In this document: positions 23,693 to 36,600 of the stretch, one piece after another | Layout: every line of letters starts with the position of its first letter | How positions within the stretch are numbered: position 1 is the stretch's first letter | Assembly: GCF_004010195.1 (NCBI RefSeq) | Contig: NC_057753.1 | Span: 5,131,513 to 5,195,512 of the forward strand | Direction: 5' to 3' | Source: Chiloscyllium plagiosum | Lineage: Eukaryota | DNA length: 64,000 nucleotides | Made by a program: the position numbers and the translations under genes | Notes under the pieces: generated by a model | What the model was told of the DNA's origin: nothing | Seen by the model: only the letters and a program-made list of their open reading frames with translations | Databases searched by the model: none

Positions 23693-24282
23693 TCAGTTGT
23701 GACCTCTCTGGTGTACCCTCAGGTTTGCAGATTGAGTGAATCCCTTCCCACACACAGGGCAGGGGAATGGCCTCTCCCCGGTGTGAACGCGCCGGTGTTC
23801 AGTGAGGCTGCAGGTATACCTGAAACTCTTCCCGCAGAGGGGGCAGATGAAGGGCCTCTCATCGGTGTGAACCCGCTGGTGCGACAGCAGGTGGGAGGAC
23901 CGCGAGAAGCCCCTCCCGCACTCAGGGAACGTGAACGGTCTTCCCCAGTGTGAAGCCGTTGGTGGGAAATGAGGGTGGGTAACTGGGTGAATGCTTTCCC
24001 GCACTGGGAGCAGGTGAATGGCCTCTCCCCGGTGTGAACGCGCTGGTGCGCGGTGAGGCTGCCCGAGTGCCTGAAACTCTTCCTGCAGCGAGTACAGACA
24101 TAGGGATTCTCATCGAGGTGCACCCACTGGTGTTGCAGCAAGTTGGACAACCGAGTAAATCCCTTCCCGCACTCTGGGCAAGTGAACGACCTCTCCCCTG
24201 TGTGAACGCGCCGATGGGTTTCCAGCTCAGATGGGGTTGCGAAACCCTTCTCACAGTCCCCACATTTCCACAGTTTCTCCAT
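23693..24282 (-). pseudogene. C2H2 zinc-finger gene with a 1-nt frameshift after finger 4 (7 fingers if restored; finger 5 has Cys to Phe)
   Basis: MEKLWKC... four fingers in ORF 23719-24339, frameshift at about 23940, three more fingers in ORF 23693-24004. Confidence 0.85.
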
Positions 24283-25039
24283 GTTGCAGGGGTCCTTGCG
24301 AATCGACGAGTTAGACTGAAGCCTGTTACACACAGACAACTCGATGGTTTGTGTAACGGGTTAAACGCTCCACAAATCAGCACAGGAACGCACCTACACT
24401 CAGTCTGTGTGACCTGTTAAAGCTCCTTCCACAGTCAGTCCATGGGGACACTCTCACTTGGGTGTATATATGTGTCTCGCTGATGTTTGAAATCTTTTCC
24501 CTCACACAGAACCAGACAACCTCCACCTTCTGCGTTCAAGGGCTGATGATATTCCAGTCCCTGGTGAACTGCGTGACTCTGTCAGGTCTTGAGGTGATGT
24601 TCGAGTTACCTGTCTGTAAATCCTCCCACTCTAATCCCCTGTATAAGATTACAAAATGCAATCAGGACGCTCAATTCCAATTTCTGTTGAACATGTTATC
24701 CTCTCCTGCTCTCCCAAAGCTGTAAATCCACATCTCACAACTATCCCTCCTCCTTGGAGTGAAATTCAATAAAAGGTGTCCGATAATTATAGGAACAGGA
24801 GTAGGCTATTCAACCTCGGCCCTGTTCTGATATTCTTTGAGATCATGGTTGATCTGGGGCCTAACTTCCTGGGCCTTCCCTTAACAAAGATTGATCTATT
24901 TCAGATTTAAAATTAACAACTGATCTAGCATCAACCACCATTTGTGAAAGGGAGTTCCAAACCGTTTTCATCTGATCAAAACAGTCTCACCCTAATCCCC
25001 AGTGGAAATAGCTCAAACTCCTGTCTTTTCCTGCTAAGA

Positions 25040-25230
25040 CTAGATTCTCTACAGCATGGAAACAGGCCCTTCAGCCCAACAAGTCCACACCAACCCTCTG
25101 AAGAGTAACCCACCCATTTCCCTCTGACTAATGCACCATTTCCCTCTGACTAATGCAGTCGGCCAGAGTCAAACTCGGGTCCCTGGCACCGTGAGGCAGC
25201 AATGCTAACCACTGAGCCACCGTGCCACCC
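25040..25230 (-). mobile_element. HE1-like SINE, internally deleted
   Basis: GCTAACCACTGAGCCACCGTGCC start (reverse) and GGAAACAGGCCCTTCAGCCCAACAAGTCC tail. Confidence 0.8.
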
Positions 25231-25599
25231 AATTGATTTGGGCAAAACAATGAGGGGCATCGATAGGATAGACAGGAAGAAATTTCTCCCCCTTGATGGA
25301 GAGATCAATGACTCTGGGGTGGGGTGGGGTGAGGTGAGGTGGGGGTTAGCAGGTTCAGAGAGGGACGTGAGGAGAAACCTTTCGGTCTGGAGCTAGTTGG
25401 GAATCTGGAACCTCAGTACCTGACAGGGTGGAAGAGAAAGAAACCCTCGTAACATTTAAGGAAGTATTTAGATGTGCACTTGCCACGCCAAGGCTTTGGG
25501 ATGCGAGTGCAGTCGTTAGATGGCTGTTTCGGACTGGCGCAGGGTCGATGGGCTGAACGGTCTTCGTTCCTTGTACCAGCTGATCCGCGCGGCTCTTAT

Positions 25600-26000
25600 T
25601 CATTGTCCCTGACCCAGTGGGCGGCCCGCGCATGCGCCCTGCTCCACCTTGCCCCCAACAAAGATGGCAGCAGAGACTTCACGCTGCACCCCCGCGACCC
25701 AACAAAGATGGCGGCTATTACCCTAGGAACGGGGAGGGGGTGAAAGTCTCCCCCGTTACCGGCTGGCGAGGGCTTCCTGCAAACAAAACGCCGCCGAGGT
25801 TCCTGTTCATGGACTGCACAGTTAACACGCGATGTTTACGAAGCGTTCCGCAACTCAGTCGCTCCGCCTCATAAATCACCTTTTGCGGATCCGAGGAGAA
25901 GCCCGCCCCCCCGTCGCCATCGTCACGCTCCGCGCATGCTCCGTACGGTGGTGGCCGCCGCGCCTGCGCATGGATCTCCTCGTTCGGAGGACAGGGGTAA
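25600..26000 (-). promoter_or_regulatory. CpG-island promoter, probably for the minus-strand ZNF
   Basis: GCGCATGCGC at 25628-25637, AAGATGGC (YY1) at 25661 and 25705, GCGCCTGCGCA at 25960-25970, GC box; about 1 kb upstream of the acceptor at 24639-24640. Confidence 0.65.
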
Positions 26001-26057
26001 TTCACTGGCGCAAGGACTGCTGGGTATGAACCTGCAATTCCTTCATCAAATTATTAC

Positions 26058-27195
26058 AATTAGATTCCCTACAGGCCCTTCAGCCCAACAAGTCCACACT
26101 GAACCGAAGAGTAGCCCACCATTATTCTACATTTACCCCTGACTAATGCGCCTAACCTGAACACTATGGGCAATTTAGATTACTTACAGTGTGGAAACAG
26201 GCCCTTTGGCCCAACAAGTCCACACCGACCCACCGAAGCGCAACCCACCCAGACCCATTCCCCTACATTTACCCTTTCGACTAACACTACGGGCAATTTA
26301 GCATGGCCGATTCACCTAACCTGCACATTTTTGGACTGTGGGACCCAGAGGAAACCCACGCAGACACGGGGAGAATGTGCAAACTCCACACAGACAGTTG
26401 CCCGCGGCTGGCATCAAACCTGGGTCCCTGGTGCTGTGAGGCATCAACGCTGACCACTGAGCCACCTTGCTGCCCCACCGCATTCTACTTTGTTCTAAAC
26501 TTGTAGGGTGAACGCAACGGTGTGGGAGGGACCTGTAAGAAAATTAGTCAGCTTTCACCATTGGTAAATTGGAGTGAAACCCTCTGAGAAGTAATAGAGT
26601 CATAAAGATGTACAGAAAAAACAGACCACTCAGTCCAACTCGACCATGCCCACCAAATATCAATCCTGAAAAAGGTTACACCAGAAATATCGACTTCTCC
26701 GCCTCCTGATGCTGCCTGGCTTGCTGTGTTCTTCCAGCCTCCTGCCTGTCAACCAAATATCCTAACCTAATCTAGTCCAATTTGCCAACATTTGACCCAT
26801 ATCCTTCTAAATCTTTCCTACTCCCTTGGCGTGGCATGATAGCTCAGTGGTTAGCACTGCTACCTTACAGCGCCAGGGATGCAGGTTCAATTCCAGCCTT
26901 GGGTGACTGTCTGTGTGGAGTTTACAGATTCTCTCCACACCCCTCCACCCCGTCTGCATGGGTCCCCTCCGGGTGTTCGGCTTTCCTCCCACAGTCCAAA
27001 GATTTGCAGGTTATGGTGGATTGGCAAAGCTAAGTTGACCCTAGTGTTTAGGGGTGTGCAGGTTAGGTGCAGTAGTCAGGGGTAAATGTAGCGTAATAGG
27101 GGATAAGGGTCTCGGTGTGATACTCTTCAGAAGGTCAGTGTGGTCTTGCTGAGCCAAAGGGCCTGTTTCCACCCTGAAGGGATTGTATGATTCTC
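26058..27195. mobile_element. HE1-like SINE copies (26058-26478 minus, composite; 26826-27195 plus) among CR1 3' fragments
   Basis: A/B boxes and shared SINE core. Confidence 0.8.
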
Positions 27196-28517
27196 TATTC
27201 AGATATCCATCCAGCTGCCTTTTAAGTGTTGTAATTGTACAAGCCTCCACCACTTCCTCTGGCAGCTCATTCCATACATGCACCACCTTCTGAATGAAAG
27301 CATTGCCCCTTGGGTCCCCTTTAAATCCTTCCCCTCTCACCCTGAACCTAGGCCTCTCATTCTGGCCTCTCATCCCAGGGAAAAGACCTTATCTATTTAC
27401 CTATCCATGCTCCTCATGATTCTATCAACTAATGCGATAATAATTTGTTTTTCTCTGCAGTGGGCAAAATTCACTGTTTAATACCTACCTGATTTTCTCT
27501 GATTATGCAGTGTGACCTTTCCTTCTATCATTCAATGTACAAAGGATGAATTGTACCACACAGAACCTCACAGATGAGTGACTATGCCCATCGTCATTGT
27601 CAGATGGACAAGACATTGATGAGGTCACACCTGGAATATGGTATGCGGTTCTGGTCACCTTATCTGAGGAAGATTGTTCTTGCTATCGGGGGAGTACCAG
27701 CTCGGGATGGCGGGACTGAAATATGAAGAGAAATTGCATCAGTTAGGATTGTATCACTGGAGTTTAGCAGAAAGAGGGGTAAGCCTGTGGAATTTACTTT
27801 CATTGAAAGCAGTTGAGGCTAAAACATGATGTGTTTTCAGGAAAGCGGTGGATATAGCTCTTGTGGCTGAAGGGACTTTTGTTCATTCACTCATGGGACT
27901 TGGATGTTGCTGGCTGGCCATCAGTTGTTGCCTATCCCTAGTTGTCCCTGACAAGGTGCTTCTTGAGCCACTGCAATCCATGTGCTGTAGATAAGGAATC
28001 TGGGGGGGGGGAGGCAGGATTGGGGTAGTGGGCATGATGATCAGTATGATGGTCATACTGAATGGCAAAGCAGGCACGAGGAATTGAATGGCCTACTCCT
28101 GTCTTTGATATTTCTTTGGCCAACCTAGCCTGAGTCAGGGTCACTGGGATGTGGAGTGGAGGAGAATCACAGCATTTAACACTGACTAATTCACACCAAA
28201 GGATGGTGAAAGGGGTACAATAAATAAACATTTCCACTTTTGGTGAAAATCAGTATGATCTCTGAGGTAGAATGAAAGATGGACAGGAAAGATTCATGAT
28301 TTGGAGATGCCGGTGTTGGACTTTGTCTATTTATCCTATCCATGCCCCTCATAATTTTGTAAACCTCTATTCTTCACTATCCTCTCTACCTGCGACTCCA
28401 CTTTCAAGGAGCTATGAACCTGCACTCCAAGGTCTCTTTATTCAGCAACACTCCCTTGAACCTTACCATTAAGTGTATAAGTCCTGCTAACTTTTGCTTT
28501 CCCAAAATGCCGCACCT

Positions 28518-29060
28518 CACACAGAGGAGAGGCTGTTTACTGTTCTGTGTGAGAGAAGGGATTCACTATCATATAACCTGTGTACAGTGAGTTGAGATGA
28601 TCATTTGAACCCAGTCCCGCAGTGGGAGCACGGGAACAGTCTCTAGTCAGGATGTACAAGTTGATGGATATTTACTCCCTGGAATTGTTTTTGCACTTCC
28701 TGTGTTATCAGCATTTAACAGGTCTCGCACCAGTATTGCTGATATGTGATCAAGTTCCAATACTCAGAGTTGGTGAATGGTCTCTCACCAGTGTGGATTT
28801 GCTGGTGTGTAGTGATTTAAGATGATCGCTTGAACCCTTCCCCAAAGCTGAACTGTCCCCCATAAGTGTGTACATGTTGATGGGACATCATGTCTCTGGA
28901 ATATTTATAGAATTTTCTGCAATTTGGGCATTTAAAAGGTCTCATCACTATTACCACACTGGTGTCTGACCACGTGGGTTGCCTAAGTAAATCCCTTCCC
29001 ACACGTGGAGCAGATAAACTGCTTCTCTGCAGTGTGGCTGCCTTGATGTGCATCCAGATG
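28518..29060 (-). pseudogene. Heavily decayed C2H2 zinc-finger pseudogene with a short inverted piece
   Basis: Minus peptide RPFKCPNCRKFYKYSRDMMSHQHVH; 28518-28582 reads HTEERLF on plus. Confidence 0.75.
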
Positions 29061-29609
29061 TAGTGTTAGGCTCAGAAATGATAACTTCAAATCAGCCCAT
29101 TAATGGTAACTGTTAAGGGTTAATTAGGCGTGACAATGAGCAATTAAAGTGGCAACGTACATGAGAAACAGGCCTAATGCAAAACAGCCTGATCTTGAGG
29201 GTTGGTGTGAACCGTCTGCTTGTGTGGTCTACGAGGAGCCACCTGGACTTGTTTTTATTTTTAACCTAGTTTTGTGGAAATGTACTGGAGTTATTATGAA
29301 AAGGTGATACAGGTCATAGTCAGAATAGTATTGATATCAGGGACTTATTGAACTTTTCCCATCAGACCAAGGACTTTCAGCATTGGGCAGGGGTTCCTGA
29401 ACCAGTGCCGTGTGGAAACTGAGATAGAACTCCAAATCACTGAGTAGCCCCTAACAGACAGCAAGCTGTCTGTTGACTATGTCTAAGCTTGTTTGAGCTA
29501 ATAGACTCATTCATTAGTTTGCATCTATGTAAAGTAGATTAAGCTAATGAATTTGCTTCACATCAGAGCTCACATGTCTTGTATTCATTTTGATCAGATC
29601 TGACAGAAT

Positions 29610-30140
29610 CCCCCAACACACTAAAACAGCAGCTCATGAACTTGAAAGACACTGTACTGACAACAAGCAAAACTAATGCCATTTACAAAATACCTTGTAA
29701 GAACCGTAACAAACATTACATTGGACAAACAGGCAGAAAACTAGCCACCAGGATACATGAACACCAACTAGCCACAAAAAGACATGATGAGGAAGGACAC
29801 CACTTCAACTGGGACAACACATCCATCCTAGGGCAAGCCAAACAGAGATACGCATGAGAATTCCTAGAAGCATGGCATTCCAACCAGAGCTGTATCAACA
29901 AACACATCGACTTGGACGCCATTTACCACCCTCTGAGAAAAAGAACCAGAAATTACATCACCACAGGAAATGGCGTCACCACAGGAAATTACATCACCAA
30001 CCCAAGGAAACTGAAACACATAAATAGAAAGCGGGTCACTAACACCAGTGTTTAACCGGAGGCGCACTGATGATTGTGCATAGTATGGTGACGAAATATC
30101 TGAAAACAAACTTTCTAGCCCAGTGAGCAAACCTACATTC
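29610..30140 (+). mobile_element. Penelope-like element 3' part: GIY-YIG endonuclease and terminus with a degenerate hammerhead
   Basis: NAIYKIPCKNRNKHYIGQTGRKLATRIHEH; CTGATGA...GACGAAATATC at 30067-30100. Confidence 0.9.
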
Positions 30141-31889
30141 AGAATCCATTAGACACTTTCAGCTTAACAATGCACTTGATGCTGCAAACAGGGCCGGAGC
30201 AAAACGTCCAAGATGGAGAAAGGCGAAGAGGAAAACCAAGAGACAAGTTCCCTCGAACACATTGGCTGGAGAGCAAATGATCAAAATGATTCCCAGAAGA
30301 TACATTCACCTCAATATATAGCTAATTTATTAGCTTAATCTACTTAATATATGTGCACAATGAGTGAAACTATTAGTTTACACCACTTTATACATATTAG
30401 TTTGCATGAGTCTTACTGCCTTGTCTTCAGGCTGGAGACTTTGGATGGCTGCTCATGGCCTAGTATGCCTCTTTAGTACTCCTACCTTTGAACCGTGTAC
30501 ACTGCAGCTTAGCAGGGGTACTTGATTTGAAAGATCAAATGTTGGTAGAGGGTGCCTCCTAGCCTGGTCCCAGTGTTCTGGATGGTGGCTAAATTAGTTC
30601 CTTTTAAAACAAAACCCACAGGCAAGAGTAATTATCTAATACTTTGATTTCATTGGATATTGACAAAAATTGACAACAACAGACTTAAACGTTTCTTCCG
30701 TGTCCAGCTTCAACAGTGTTGTCGTGCTGACATATTTCATTAATGGCCAATTAATTTCTTCCCAAACAACCTATCTCACTTTCGAATGATACAAACCCAC
30801 CCAGACTGTTTCCATTAGCTCTTGTGTCAAATTAAGATTTAAATTTATTTGCCCTTTAAAATTCAATTGAATGTCCCATTTCATGTTTGAACTCGCAACG
30901 AGTCAATCCCAATTTCAGGAAGAATTATGTCCAGGCTTGGTGGTTTTAAAGAGTGCTCTGATTGTGATTTTTCTCAGTTCCAGGTTCTTCTATTTTCAAA
31001 GACTTTGTCTCCCCAAGACTTTCAGCTCCCTTGCAATGTTCTTGAAACCTGTATAAAACCAACAACAACAAAAAAAAAGAAATCCTCTGTGGCTCTGGAA
31101 GATGCCCAGTTGGTTAATAATATCCATTTAAAACATCTACCACACAGGAGTTGTGTGAGAAAATTTTTAAAACTGTCAGCAGGAAGAGTCGACTTTGTTG
31201 GTTTCAGAGGGGCACAGCCCAGTCACCAGGTGACACCATGTCATATTTTCACGTATTCAGTTTTAAAATACTGTTAAAAGTCTTCTGATATCCTCAAACT
31301 GGCATTTTAAATTTCTAATGTCTTAAAGAAAACCTTTCTCGTTCTTTCTTTTAAGGCCACCTTTAAAAAAAATGAGTCAACAGCAAAAAACATTTCTCGT
31401 TCCAAATTCTGAGTTCAAATTAAATGTCTTCCATAAAAGTTTCTCTGTTTTAAGAACAAGCAAAGCCATGTTTTTTCTTCACAACAACTTGTCTACAGCA
31501 GTATACAAAATAATTTTTTTTAAACTTTTCAATGAAATAAGATTTCAAAGTTTTGAATCAATAATATTTCCAGACTACTCCTTATTTTAACATTGATTTC
31601 AGTCGAATGTAAGAAATAATCTCATTATAACTGTGATAGGAACTTGGTGAAAGCAATCCAATTTGCACAGAGGGCTTCTTTAACTTCAGCGGAGGAAAGG
31701 GACATGTTGATCTTTTCCCTCACTGTGCCTCAGGGTTCTACTCCTTTGTCTGCCCCTTCCAGCTCCTATCTGACATTGCACACTTGTTTTATCTCACTAC
31801 TGTACACAGGAATGGAACAGCTGGAGGGAGACACTGTTAGCTACATTCTCAAGGTTACATGTCTTGTCTTTGAAGGTAACAGTCCCAAC

Positions 31890-32260
31890 TGAATTGAACT
31901 GAATTGAATTTATTGTCATGTGTACCGAGGCACAGTGAAAAGCTCTGCCTTGCGATCAATACAGGCAGATCACCGAGTTAAGTCGCATAGATAAGTAAAC
32001 AGCGGCAAAAACAACAAGATGTACAGGCAAATGTTATGAGTTTGTGAATCCATTCAGTATTCTAACAACAGTAGGGTAGAAACTGTTACAAAACTGGCTG
32101 GTGCGTGTTGTCAGGCTTCTGTACCTTCTCCCCGATGGTAGAGGTTGTAGAAAAACATTGCCGGGGTGGGATGGATCTTTGAGAATGCTGGCGGCCTTTC
32201 CTTGGCAGCGGGCCTGGGAGATGGATTCTACCGATGGGAGGTTGATCTTTTGTAGATTTT
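31890..32260 (-). mobile_element. Rex1/Babar-like LINE 3' fragment (related pieces at about 33350-33660 plus and 36700-36985 minus)
   Basis: KDPSHPGNVFLQPLPSGRRYRSLTTRTSQFCNSFYPTVVRILN. Confidence 0.7.
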
Positions 32261-32329
32261 GTCTCTCAGCTTTTGATTTTCTCCATTTGATAATTATATT
32301 CAATTGAAATTACCTTCCCAAAATTCCAA

Positions 32330-32835
32330 TTTTCCCCATTCTCACATTTATCTAAATTAAACTCCATCTGCCACTTCTCAGCCAATTGGCCCACCTGATC
32401 AAGATCCCATTGTACTCTGAGGTAACCTTCTTCGCTGTCCACTACACCTCCAATTTTGGTGTCATCTGCAAACTTGCTCACTATACCTCTTATGCTCACA
32501 TCGAAATCATTTATATAAATGATGAAAAGTAATGGACTCAGTACCGATCCTTGTGGCACTCCACTGGTCACAGGCCTCCAGTCTGAAAAACAACCCTCCA
32601 CCACCACCCTCTGTCTTCTACCTTTGAGCCAGTTCTGTATCCAAATGGCTAGTTCTCCCTGTATTCCTTGAGAACTAACCTTGCTCACCAGTCTCCCATG
32701 GGGAACCTTGTTGACCACCTTACTGAAGTCTATACAGATCACATTTACTGCTCTGCCCTCATCAATCCTCTTTGTTACTTCTACAAACAACTCAATCAAG
32801 TTTGTGAGACACAACTTCCCACGCACAAATAGTTC
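32330..32835 (-). mobile_element. CR1-type LINE RT fragment
   Basis: CLTNLIE...IDFSK...KVPH...SGVPQGSVLSP...KFADDTK. Confidence 0.9.
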
Positions 32836-33689
32836 TTGCACTGGGACAATATGAGGAGGGCATTCAGCAGAATACATTGTTTGGACCACAACACCCTTGG
32901 TTTGCTTGGGAAACTACTTCCTCTCTACAGTCCTTCTTGGCATGGAGTAGCCCCTTGGGATCTGTTCCAAATCCCTACAAACACTGTGAAGACCCAACCC
33001 AGCCAACCGGTTCACTAGCACACATGATTAGAGGACCATTCCGGGACACAGAATGTTTCCCCAGGTATCCATCTTCTTCTTGAAGATTTTGTTCAAGAAT
33101 GGGCTCAGTGCTCCGGGTACTCCAGTTTCCTCCCACAATTCAAAAGATGTGCAGGTTACAGTGGATTGGCTGTGCTGAATTGCCCATAGTGTTAAGGGAT
33201 GTGTAGGTGAGGTACATTAGTCAGGGGTAAATGTGGGCTAACAGGGTAGGGGAATGGACCTGGGTAGGATACTATTCGGAGGGGTCAGTTTGGACTTGTT
33301 GGGCCGAAGGGCCTGTTACCACACTGTAGGGATTGTATGATTCTAAGACTCTGCTCACAGCACCCCGTCTATAATCTCTTCCAACTTCTTCCCTCGGGCA
33401 GAAGATACAAAAGCTTGTGCACACACACCAAAAGATTCAAGAACAGCTTCTTCCCTGCCTGTATTAGACTAAACATTAATTAAATGTTACATTTAACGTT
33501 GATCTCGTTGTTTGTGCACCTCCTCTGCAGCTGTAACATGGTGTTTCTCGCTCTGTTCTATTACCCTTATTCAATTTGTATGGTATGATATGCCAGGACT
33601 GCATGCAAAGCAAAACTTTTCACTGTACCTAGGTACATGCAACAATAATAATTCAAATCAAAGATGTGTTGTTTGACTAACAACACGTG

Positions 33690-34770
33690 CATAGAGTCAT
33701 AGAGAGATGTACAGCACGGAAACAGACCCTTCGGTCCAACCCGTCCATGCTGACCAGATATCCCAACCCAATCTAGTCCCACCTGCCAGCACCCGGCCCA
33801 TATCCCTCCAAACCCTTCCTATTCATATACCCATCCAAGTACCTCTGAAATGTTGCAATTGTACCAGCCTCCACCACTTCCTCTGGCAGTTCATTCCATA
33901 CCCGCACCACCCTCTGTGTGAACAAGTTGCCCCTTAGGTCTCTTTTATATCTTTCCCCTCTCACCCTAAACCTATGCCCTCTAGCACTTCACTAATTTAT
34001 TAGTTTAATCTATTTAACATCTATACAAGCTAATGAGTGAATCTATTAGTTTACGTCACTTCATACATATGCAAACTGAGGAGTTTTCCTGCCTTGTCTT
34101 CAGGCTAGGGGCTTTGGATGAGTGGCACTTGGAGCTCTATCTCAGACCCATGTCACGAGTCTCATGAACCTCCATCCAATGGCCTGACCGGGGAAGTCCA
34201 ACAAGTGCACTGAAGTCCCCAGTATTAATACTACTCAGGCTAGGATTAAAGACAGGATTCTTGGCAGTGTGGAGGAACAGGGGGATCTGGGTGTGCAAGT
34301 ACATAGATCCCTCAAAGTTGCCACCCAAGTGGATAGGGTTGTTAAGAAAGCATATGGTGTTTGGGCTTTCATTAACAGGAGGATCGCGTTTAAGAGCTGC
34401 GAGGTTTTGCTGCAGCTCTACAAGTCCCTAGTGAGGCTACACTTGGAATATTATGTCCAGTTCCCAGGGCAGGATTGACTGGGATGAGGAGTCATAGTTT
34501 GAAGATATTAGGAGGATGGTATAAAGGAGACGTCAGAGGTAGGTTCTTTATGCAGAGAGTTGTGAATGCATGGAATGTGTTGCCAGCTGTGGTGGTGGAC
34601 GCACAGTCATTGGGAACATTTAAGCGACTCTGGTCATGCACATGGATGGCAGTGAGTTGCAGGGTGGGTCGGTTAAGTTACTATATTTTACATTAGGATT
34701 AAATCTCAGCACAACATCATGGGCCAAAGGGCCTGTTCTGTGCTGTACTTTTCTGTGCTCTATGTTCTAG
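33690..34770. mobile_element. CR1-type 3' fragments (33690-33985 minus; 34245-34770 plus)
   Basis: FTQRVVRVWNELP; EEQGDLGVQVHRSLKV. Confidence 0.8.
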
Positions 34771-34864
34771 GATTTTCCTTACCTTTCCAGGTCATTCCAT
34801 TGTGAAGAAAATAAGGTGAAAATATCCCCTGGTGGCTCTGTCTTATCTACACTGGTTCCCACAG

Positions 34865-35826
34865 TGTTATGGACTAGGCCAGACCAGTCAAAACATTCTG
34901 AAGCAGTCAGCCCAGACCATAACTTTGCTGTTTGTTTCAGTAAGTGTACAGTGAAAATTACCCGGAGTAAGTTAACTAGGTTGACTACCAGGTTTTAAAA
35001 CAGACAAAAATTTATTCACAAAATTACAGAATGAAATACAAAGAACAGAATCCCCACAGAATTCAGACTATCCCAAACTAGGCTGAATGATGCTGTTCCG
35101 AAAATACACAACAGTCCCAGTAAACAAACCCCTTAAACATAGGGTAAAACTGAAACAGAGGCTTACGGGTCGAAGTTAGAAGGGCAGAAGGAGAGAGAGT
35201 TCAGCAGCCTGTTTCACACACACACAGCTCCTGCTGCACTTAACTAAAGTTCCGAACTGAACTGCTCAGCTAGCGAGCTGGCCACGTCCCCTTCACCATA
35301 CAGGCTGCTTTTAAAACGTAAAAGCTTTGCCCTAATGATTAGATTCCCTACAGTGTGAAAACAGGCCCTACGGCCCAACAAGTCCACACCGACCCTCCGA
35401 AGAGCAACTCACCCAGACCCATTCCCCTACACCGAACACTACGGGCAATTTAGCATGGCCAATTCACCTGACCTGCACATCTTTGGACTGTGGGAGGAAA
35501 CCGGAGCACCCGGAGGAAACCCACGCAGACACGGGGAGAATGTGCAAACTCCACACAGTCAGTCAGTCAGTCGCCCGAGGCGGGAATTGAACCCGGGTCC
35601 ATGGCCCTGTGAGACAGCAGTGCTAACCACTGAGCCACCGTGCTGCCCCACCAATGTCTCATCTGTTTACATATAAACAAAAGGCCTCTCAGTAAGCCCT
35701 TTTATCTCTCTACTGCTTCAACCGATTCGAAGCCCGGACTGTTTCAGGACCCCTCTGAAAAACACCAAGGACACAGTATCCTTGAGAAAAGGAACGGCTT
35801 TTAGAAAAAGGACCCGCTTTGTGACA
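34865..35826. mobile_element. Probable solo LTR with a nested HE1-like SINE (about 35337-35650, minus)
   Basis: TGTTAT...GTGACA termini with CAG on both flanks; a related terminal sequence occurs in reverse at about 45890-46160. Confidence 0.55.
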
Positions 35827-35919
35827 CAGACCATCAAGTTATGCAGTTACTTCCCAGACAAAACAGTATTTTTCCCCCCACCAGGCCTGTTTTCATGTAT
35901 TTTTCCACAATTGCTTATT

Positions 35920-36600
35920 GTCATGTCCAATTAACCATGAATCCAGCCCTATCCCCAGAAATGGAAACAGATGTTGAGGAAGGGAAGGGAGGAATCGGAG
36001 ATGAACCTGGTTTAGGTGATAATCTGGTGGAAATTGGAAGCAAAATGGATACGTTTTCTTCCAGATCAGAATGAGAGAGGGAAGCATGATGTACTGGAGG
36101 AAGGAGTTGTGGGGAAGGCACTGAGCAAGATTGGAACACGCTCCCTACAAAGAGACGGGCGTAACTGGGACCCACGTGGGTGCCCATGGCCACACCTTTA
36201 ACCCGAAGAATGAGAAAGGAGTCAAGGGAGAGGCTGTTCGAATTGTGGAGGAGCTCAGCCAGGCAGAGAAGAGTGGTGACGGGCGGGGAGGGTTCAGCCC
36301 TTCCTTCCAGTCAGAAGTGGAGAGTCCCGAGGCCATCCGGACATGGGACGGACAGATGAGGGGATTGCACATTCATGGGGGAAGAGAAGGCAGCCCCGTG
36401 AACTAGAAAATCTGAAACCAACCCATTATTGTCAGAAGACTCGCGGATGTAAGTGGGGAGGGACTGGACGGCGGGGGAGAAAAACAAAATTGAATCAAGG
36501 TAGGACGAAACAGGTTACCTGAGGTAAGGAAGTTGGAAACGTGGGTTTGCCCGGCCAGTCCTGTTTGTGGAGTCTGGGGAGAAAGTAGAAGCAACTTTCA
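35920..36600 (-). mobile_element. Penelope-like reverse transcriptase fragment
   Basis: AMGTHVGPSYARLFVG motif and a downstream FLGI-like motif. Confidence 0.75.

Noticed and set aside
29064..29605. Possible solo LTR (TGT...ACA) with related segments at about 30320-30450 and 33990-34120
   Set aside because: No target-site duplication or diagnostic motif found, so it could not be classified.
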